Source: Eledone cirrhosa (taxonomy: Eukaryota). Taken from it: a DNA stretch of 64,000 nucleotides. Under the pieces are notes generated by a model. It made no database searches and had not been told where the DNA came from. It saw only the letters and a program-made list of their open reading frames with translations. Of this stretch, positions 55,445-64,000 are shown in pieces (within the stretch, counting starts at the first letter, position 1; each line of letters opens with the position of its first letter). A program made the position numbers and the translations under genes. The stretch covers positions 37,882,001 through 37,946,000 of the forward strand of contig OZ024745.1 in NCBI GenBank assembly GCA_964016885.1, given 5' to 3'.

Positions 55445-57374
55445 ATATCTATCTATCTATCTATCTATATGACAGATCAATCATATATCCGTTTGGCAAG
55501 CTCAATACATTTTCTCATTTATTATCGTATTATACTGACATTTACTTGATTGTTAAACCATCACGCAGCATACCAATGTATTAACATAGATGTCTGTGGA
55601 ATTATTACTTTAGCTGATCTAATGTATCAATCATTCCTATTAACAAGTTTGTCTAAAGGATTTCTTTAAACTTTTACTCATCTAGATTGTATTTAAAATA
55701 TTGCTTTTGGTCTTTACAGCGCCTCCAACATCGGAGATTATGATGTCCTTGGTGTCCTGTTTAACCGTTTCGTTGCCATATTTCTAATGAAATGCAGTGC
55801 CGAAAAGTTGCAAATAATTTTGAAATGAATCAAGAATTTAGATGAATTTAGAAATATAGCTCTCATTAAGCTCGTGTTTGGTGTATAACTTAAAAAAAGG
55901 TTCTCCTGTAAAATTTATATAATTATAAAACGTTAAAAAATTGGCCTAATATTATAGGAACAGATGTAAACTTTTGTAGGTCCATTCGTCCGGGGAAGAC
56001 ATGAGCAGGATGAAAATTTCAAATGATCAGCGCTCTACTCAGGAAGTCATAGTTATTGCTCTCTGTATGTTTTATTGTCTTTCAGAATCCAGTCTGTTAG
56101 ACTCTAAATCCACTAGTTGACCAAGTAATCCTTTAAAAGTGTTTAATCGAATTTCATTTAAACCATTATATAACAATTAATGCACGAAGCCAAAATCTTC
56201 AGCTTTTGAAGCGCCTGAGCATATATGTATATATATATAACTATAAACAAAGTGCTCAATCGCAGAACTGCTATAAATTTAGCTTATGAAATAGGGTGAA
56301 GACCCGTAAAAGACGGAAAAAATAATTTGCCATCGACCGCTATGAGGAAATGATCCTTTCATTTCATACCACGTATAATGCATTCACGGGCAGATTGGTT
56401 ATCTTTTTTTTTGTTCTTTTGTTACTTTGTCTCATACCATTGTTTTTGTGTCGGCATATATTTTGAAGCTGATACATGAGTTTTAAACAGACTTATTACT
56501 TCAATTGCTTGCATATTTTCGCCAGGAAATGTTTCTAAGCGGTATTTATCAATGGCTCTCAAATCTCTCTATTGTCACGGACGTGTTGACAAGTTTCTTT
56601 TACTTGCAGAATAACCAATCACCAAATGTCACGATATATTCACACTTATTGGATTTTCCAAAATAAAACGGAATCTTGAATGCCACTAACAAATTCTAGT
56701 AAAAATACCTACAAAGTAGTGTTAAAATGAATTTTAACCTTTACACATTTTACACCTCATGATAAATTTGGTTTTATTTATAGCTGCGAGAAATGTTCCT
56801 AATTCAAAAGATGCGAACCAACGAGGATCCACTAAGCAATTGCTCGGCCAGATAGAAATTGCAGCCAAACAGTTATCAAATGAGGGACAAATTCGGAAAT
56901 ATAATAATATTAATAAGCAATTTCCATGAGAAAGACGGATTGGTCATCTCTTTGATCATAGGTCAGTTCATTCAACTCTGATCTGGGACTAAACAAATGA
57001 TTTTGAAAAATGTTATTTTTTATATTGTAGTGGTGGAGGCAAGAATTCTTATATTTCAGACAGAAACTTTCAAGAAAAAGTAATATTCTATCGGATATGA
57101 TTGTGAATTAATATCATACATTATACTATATCATGTATTAAAATAATTAATTTTATTCGATATATCTAATAGAAAGGATATCCTTTATTTAATGTATTTT
57201 GGTATTTAGTACACTTGCCCTCGACTACCGTCTGCTAAAAGAGCACGGGAGTTTCGTCAGACATTTCACCCTGTCATCCGCCCTTCGAAATTCTATTATA
57301 TCATGTCAAAATTGTAGGATAAGATGTTTATTTAATTAAATGTAGAAAATTGAATCATACTAGGTATATACAAT

Positions 57375-57561
57375 AATTGTTTCTACTTTTTGACACAAGG
57401 CCAGCAAATTACCCAGTACATTACTGGTACTTTATTTTATCGACCCCATGAGGATAAAAGACAAAATCAACCTCGGCGGGATTTTAACTCAGATCATAAA
57501 GGGACATAACTATGCTAGAAAGCATGGCGTCTGACCCTCTACCGATACTGCCAATCCACCC
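57375..57561 (-). mobile_element. tRNA-derived SINE (same family as 10520-10708)
   Basis: Full-length homology to the 10520 copy. Confidence 0.85.
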
Positions 57562-58297
57562 ATGGTTTAGAAATATATGCGAAGTGTTCATTGAAATATA
57601 AAAGGAGAAAAGATATACAATCAACCACGCAAATCTATCAACTTTGTTTGAGGATATAGACATTGTAAACGTTGTTCTGTAAACGCTCCTAACATAATTT
57701 AGATTTCCTTTGATGTTTGAAGACAGCTAAAGTGTTTTCGAATTAGATAGCATTTAATAATTCTTCTCAGACCGATTGTCTCAGGAAACCATACAAACTA
57801 GAGCAATATAAGTCAGATGTCGGGAGATGCTGGTATTGTTCTATACATAGGTAACTTAAGTGTATATACTCACACACGCACACACACACACAGACACACA
57901 CACACAGACACACACACACACACACATACACACACAGACACAGACACAGACACACACACACACACATATATATGAACTGTTGTGTTACTACTTATATATA
58001 TATATATATATATGTATAAGCAATAAATTATAAAGATTAAAAAGATTATAAAGAAATTATAAAGATAGGTGGAGAAATGAAACACAGCTCAAAATAGAGA
58101 AATGTATTATAAAAGTAATACAAAGGGCTATGTATCATAACTCGTTGAAAGAAATTTCCAAACAGGCATGTATACAACATCTTACACTTGAAGCAAATTG
58201 TTTATTAAAATAGACACCAAATACAATTAATACATTAAATGCTGATTTACTAACATTTCTTCTACTTCCTGGGACTTTTCAAAACCAGTTATTTAAT

Positions 58298-58482
58298 AAT
58301 TGTTTCTACTTTTGGCACAAGGCCAGCAATTACCCAGTGCATTATTGGTACTTTACTTTATCGACCCCGTAAGGATGAAAGGCAATTTAAACCTCGGCGG
58401 GATTTGAACACAGACCATAAAGGGCCATAACTCTATGCTGTAAAGCATGTTGTCCTCTACTGGTACTGCCAATCTACCACCC
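58298..58482 (-). mobile_element. tRNA-derived SINE (same family)
   Basis: Full-length homology to the 10520 copy. Confidence 0.85.
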
Positions 58483-58799
58483 TCTGAAAATCTACCACCA
58501 GTTATTTAATAATAGAGCCTCATTATAATCTCAGCAAATGAATCAACAGCCAGCAGTTAGATAAAGTGTTTACATTTAAAAAGAAATTGGAAATTGGAAA
58601 TGATGCCATTATGTATAGAAAAGCGATGTTGATCAATTACAGAAATAGAAGGCCAAACAACTCTAGCACATTACTATAAAAACTAATTAAAAAAAAATAA
58701 GATAAATACAAGAAGAGAAAGATATAAACTTGATAAAAATATTATAAAAGATAAGAAGGGAAAATAAAGACATAAACACACACACGCACACACACACAT

Positions 58800-58846
<47 letters not shown>

Positions 58847-60114
58847 CAAATATAGATATATACATACATGACCATATATATATATATATATATACATACA
58901 CACATACATTCACTTCTACCTACATACACACACGTAAATATGCAGACGTATACATAGATATATACCCACTTATATGTACATAAATAACGTGCACAAATTT
59001 ATACACGTATATATAGAGATACATACCCACTTATGCATACAAAAAACAAACAACAACATACATAACCACATACATATGCTCATATACACACATGTACTAA
59101 TACATCATATGGATTTCTCAATGGCTACTCATGCTTCTTGATATGTTTTTTTTTGTTCTGATTTTGTTCTATTTAGTCCGTCTTGTCATTTTGTGGTGTA
59201 TATTGTCTACGGATGTGTGTATGAGAGATATTTTTATGCTGCTAGTTTCACAAATTTCTCTGTTGGGTATGTGTATCTATGTCTGTTTGTGAGCTTGTCA
59301 TTTATGAGTGTCTTTACTTCTTGCTTCTCTACCAAGTTGTGTGCACATATGCAACCTTTCCTTATGTTTCACTCACCTGTCACTAAGTAGATATATTATT
59401 TTTGTATTCAATGTGGTAATAGGTTATGTCTGATTGTGTGTACTTTTATATTTCTTCTTGTGTTACCGTATATTGTCCTAAATCTCTAGACAGAGATGTT
59501 ACTTTTTCATTCAGGCGTCGTATTCAGGTTAGGTTTACATTCTGTTATTTGTGCGGCTTCCTTAATCTGTTTGCATCTGTTCCGTGTGCAAACAATTCTT
59601 ATTTCAATGTTTTCTAGTGAGCCACGACGTTTGGCATGTTGGTAGAGCATTTACGAGTTTCTTCTCATGCCATTTCCACCTTCCACATATACGTTGAGCG
59701 CTTTTTCCCGTGAAATTGTACACATAGACACAGAAACACATGCATGTACCGATTACATAGCGAAAAGAGAGAAACTAAATAGAACAAGGAGGAGACAGAG
59801 AGGAGCAATTTAAGACGTGGAGAATGTTTCAGGATGTGCGACGGAAGAGATTTGACGCAACTATGACAATTAAACAATCAGCCGGTTATTAACTATATAC
59901 ATAACTAATGAAATCTGAAGGGAAATGCATCTGGGGGCGTGTTTTTTATTGGCAAGATGATCCTCCCAAATTGTAACAATAGTTGTTACATCACACAATT
60001 TCACATCAAGAATCATGAAAAACAAACACAAACATGCATACATACACACACAGACACACACAAACACACGCACACACACACACACACACACACATACACA
60101 CATACACAAACACA

Positions 60115-60148
<34 letters not shown>

Positions 60149-60206
60149 TGTGTGTGTATGTGTGTGTGTTTGTACGTGAGTGTGTGCGTGAATGTATATA
60201 ATGAAA

Positions 60207-60620
60207 TAATGGTTTCTACTTTAGGCACAAGACCAACATTTTTTGGAAGGGGCAAGTCGATTAAAGTGATCCCAGTAGTACTTTATTTTATTGGCCCCGT
60301 AAGGATGAAAGGCAAAGCTGACCACGGGGAGATTTGAACGCAGAACGTAAAGGGTCATAGCACTATGTCGCTAAGCATGTTGTCCGATGCTCTACCGATT
60401 CTGCCAATCCACCACCCTATAAACAATGAAATAATTGTCTCTACATTAGGCACAAGGCCAGCAATTATCCAGTGCATTACTGGTACTTTACTTTATCGAC
60501 CCCGTAAGGATGAAAGGCAAAGTCAACCTCGGCGGGATTTGAACTCAGATCGTAAAGGGACGTAACTATGCTGGAAAGCATGGCGTCCGACCCTCTACTG
60601 ATACTGCCAATCCACCGCCC
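60207..60620 (-). mobile_element. Two tandem tRNA-derived SINE copies (60207-60417, 60432-60620)
   Basis: Same family; head-to-tail pair. Confidence 0.85.
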
Positions 60621-60857
60621 TTATATATATATATAATGAAATAATGCCAATAATTTTTAAGTGCAAACCGTAATTCTGGTCGGATTATAGATTAAGTTTC
60701 ATATTTCGAAAGAAATCTGTGTTCATCAGATAACACTTGAATGACACTTTTATTCGGTTTATCTGTATCATTAATCCATAATAAGTGCCTCAAAAAATGG
60801 ATTGCTATTTTTATCAGTATCTCTGGTACAGGCTGCTTTTAACTAACTCTGATTATG

Positions 60858-60909
<52 letters not shown>

Positions 60910-60947
60910 TATATTTATATATATGTACATATATATAAATGAATGAA

Positions 60948-60997
<50 letters not shown>

Positions 60998-61009
60998 CTC
61001 ACATATATT

Positions 61010-61041
<32 letters not shown>

Positions 61042-61047
61042 TGTATG

Positions 61048-61129
<82 letters not shown>

Positions 61130-61134
<5 letters not shown>

Positions 61135-61745
61135 TGGCTGCCAACTCGTTTTCGAGTACGGCCACTACTTTATATCCATGTAGGAGAACCCCCACCGATG
61201 CGCTGAACGAGTGTGACTTTTTAGTCCAGCCAGCGACTTGAACACTCTGGTACAAACACTACACTTGTGACAATTATTGACACATAGTGCTGGGCCCATG
61301 GTACCATGTAACGACAAGTGCAGAGAGATCTCCAGATATGCCTGTCCCGTGAAGCTTTTATAGTGAGCAAAGGTACTGCACAAAGCCAGTCCCACTCTCT
61401 TAACCAAGATGATATTTACCAAAAAGAATAAGAAGTCAACATCATTGGATACCATCAGGGTTGCAGGTGTTATATCAGAGTTTTCCTTCTCCTAGAATTC
61501 TGGCTTGACAAACGCTAAGGGGTCATCTCTCTCGGTGATTTTGGATGGCCATTGACTCTTAAGAGTTCCTTTGCCCCTTGACCTTTGACAGGTTTTGTTT
61601 TTAGTCCTGCAAGATGTCCAAAGTCACCCTTCTCACCAAGAAACCTTGGTGGGGTTGCCAGTTTAGTCGCCAACGACCCGACCATGAGACAGGTTGTACT
61701 GGAATACATGTTACCAGTAGCACAACTGGTGACATGACCATACAT
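61130..61745 (-). mobile_element. LINE fragments including a terminal C2H2 zinc finger
   Basis: [22 protein letters not shown] with no exon context; resembles the C-terminal finger of RTE-like LINEs. Confidence 0.45.
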
Positions 61746-61762
61746 ACATACATATATATATG

Positions 61763-61801
<39 letters not shown>

Positions 61802-61803
<2 letters not shown>

Positions 61804-62800
61804 AAAAGTTATGAAACGAAAGGAGATGTGTGGTAACTAAAACAAGGTTTAGGATGGTGGTTAGGACGGAACAGGAGGAGAAACGAAAAAAAGAGTTTCC
61901 ATTGTCAGCTGTAAATGTTTGCTGAATCGATGTTTCGGCGCTGAATTACAGGACATCGGTGTATTTCGGATGCGCCCGAGGCCTTTTATTAATCAAAAGG
62001 CCAGGTGGAAACGGAGAGAAAAAAAGGGGAGAAAAAATGAGAGAGAAAAGGAAAGAGAGGGAAAGGAGGAAGAAGAGGGAGGAAAAGGATGAAGAGAAAA
62101 GAAGAAAGGGGGAAGGGAAAAGGAATAGGAGAAAAAAAAAGTGTACGTGGGAAGACACAGGTGAAAGAAACATGCAAAAAAGTAACCGTGGAAAAATAGG
62201 GAAAGTAAGTAAGTTGTGGCCAACCTGGGAGACTTTAGCCTGGTGGTCAGCTACGACTCAGAGCTGGTATAATCGTGCTGCCTCTCACATAGACAGGAGA
62301 AAGTGATTCAGAGACACGGGAAACCAAAAGTGAGGAGAAGGCAAAGGGAGATAATCCAGAAGGGTTTTTTACGATGGTGGTAAACACGTGCCGCAAAGAT
62401 TGCGGACAGAGAAGCCACCACGGCACGTGTAAACATGTCAACACTCAAAACCGAACGGATGGATATAGAGAGAGAAAATACGAGAGTGAGGAGGAGAAGG
62501 GAATGCGAAGGTGTGGAGGGAACACAGATCGACCAAAGCAGGTAGGGTCACAGCGGTAAATACAAAAAGTTATGAAACGAAAGGAGCTGTGTGGTTACAA
62601 AAACAAGGTTTAGGACGAAACAGGAGGAGAAAGGACGAAAGGAGTTTCCATCGTCAGCTGTAAATGTTTCCCAAACCGATGTTTCGGCGCTGAATTACAA
62701 TAAATCGGTGTATTTCGGATGCGCCCGAGGCCTTTTATTAATCAAAAGGCCAGGTGGAAAAGGAGAGAGAAAGAGAGAAAAAAGGGGAGAAAAAGGAGAG
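61802..62800. repeat. ~230-bp direct repeat (61802-62030 / 62563-62790)
   Basis: caaaaagttatgaaacgaaaggag...gaggccttttattaatcaaaaggccaggtggaaa occurs twice. Confidence 0.85.
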
Positions 62801-63108
62801 AGAAACGATCGCGCGCTCAATCAGACTTCAACACTTGCATGGCAGCCAACTCCATTATGGTATAACGGCCATCCTTCACATCTATGCACAGACAAACGAA
62901 CAAACCTACACTCGCACACACACACACGTCTATACTCTTAAAAAGTACAATGATTATCCTGCTATTTAGGCTTCTCAAATATCTAAGATACCTATTAACC
63001 AGCATTTCTCTAAAAGGCCTGAATGTATACGCGCAGGCGTTTTCCAGCAAAGTTTCTACCCGTTTCTAACAATCTAACTTTCTATTCCCTCTCTTATTTC
63101 TCATTCTT

Positions 63109-63143
63109 TCTTCTGATGAAGTATGGTGACTGAAATGTTAAGA
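63109..63143 (+). ncRNA. Minimal type I hammerhead motif
   Basis: TCTT-CTGATGA-AG..CT-GAAA-TGT-TA-AGA; stems II and III are very short. Confidence 0.55.
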
Positions 63144-63401
63144 TTTTTTCCTACTACATTGAGCGTTAAGCTAGTATACATATTCATTGTATTTTGATGT
63201 GATAATTTGGCAGAGATATTGATTCTATTTTAGCGTGCCAGATCATTGCATATTGGCACAGATCAGCATTCAGATAAATGACACTTTAGTACTTGACTAG
63301 TATATAATATTATCGATCCCGGAAAGATGAAAAGTAAAATTGACCTCGGCGAGATGTGAACATTTAAAGACCCTTCGTATACGTCATTATTCTCTTTCTA
63401 C

Positions 63402-63582
63402 GTTGGCAATATCGGTAGAGGGTCGGACGCCATGCTTTGACGCATAGAGTTACGGCCCTTGCCATTCTGAGTTCAAATCCCGCCGAGGTTAACTTTGCTT
63501 TCATCCTTACGGGGTCGATAAAATAAAGTACCAGTAATGCACTGGGGTAATTACTGGCCTTGTGCCAAAAGCAGAAACAATT
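63402..63582 (+). mobile_element. tRNA-derived SINE (same family as 10520-10708)
   Basis: TGGCAATATCGG A box, GAGTTCAAATCC B box, CTTTCATCCTTACGGGGTCGATAAA domain. Confidence 0.85.
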
Positions 63583-64000
63583 ATTTTATTATACATTTGT
63601 TGAAAGATGCACCAAAAGGAATTGTGATATTGCACGAAAATAAGAAGACGAGCTGCTGAATATTTAAAATAACGTCGAAAGAAAAATAATATTATGAGAA
63701 ACAAGTGAATATCGCTTATATACAGTTTTGTAGGATTAAAACAATATTTCTACGTCTTGAAAATTATATCTGATTCTTCAGTCCAGGCACGATCAACGAT
63801 CAACTCAGTCGAAAAGGATAAAGACACACTAATCCTGTGTGGAATTACTTTCACCGAAAGTGAAAAAATCTTTTACAGAATAATAATAACATATACACAC
63901 GCACACAAACGTAAGTGCACCCACCTACACGCACACACATAAATATTTAGGTAAAAGTATTTACTCTCCATTATCTTCAATGCTAATTGTAATAAAAACC

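Noticed and set aside
59377-59700. Consensus CAG|GTGAGT donor on the minus strand in unique-looking DNA
   Set aside because: All three frames upstream hit stops before an ATG; at most an unsupported UTR exon.

Overview
AT-rich, microsatellite- and retroelement-dense animal genomic DNA, most likely an octopus or other coleoid cephalopod (inferred from the tRNA-SINE families and repeat landscape), with one N-gap at 38990-39189. Almost all ORFs in the supplied track are microsatellite or transposon artefacts. The real host gene is on the minus strand and mostly invisible to that track: nine phase-compatible GT-AG exons between 33988 and 5852 (LDLa, linker, LRRNT, six 72-nt LRR exons) encode the ectodomain of a relaxin-receptor-type (RXFP/Lgr3-4-like) LDLa-LRR protein that continues beyond the left edge. 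Its introns and upstream DNA hold Penelope-like elements (Naiad-like YRDD RT plus GIY-YIG, and a Neptune-like fragment), RTE, CRE-like and Tx1/L1-like LINEs (the last inside a (TATC)n array) and many SINEs. The most striking pattern is a recurring class of fold-back palindromes in (TA)n tracts. Most have an extra tail on one arm only, several carry type I hammerhead ribozyme cores or half-cores, and they are traceable to Penelope 3' ends. All coordinates and alignments were read by eye.
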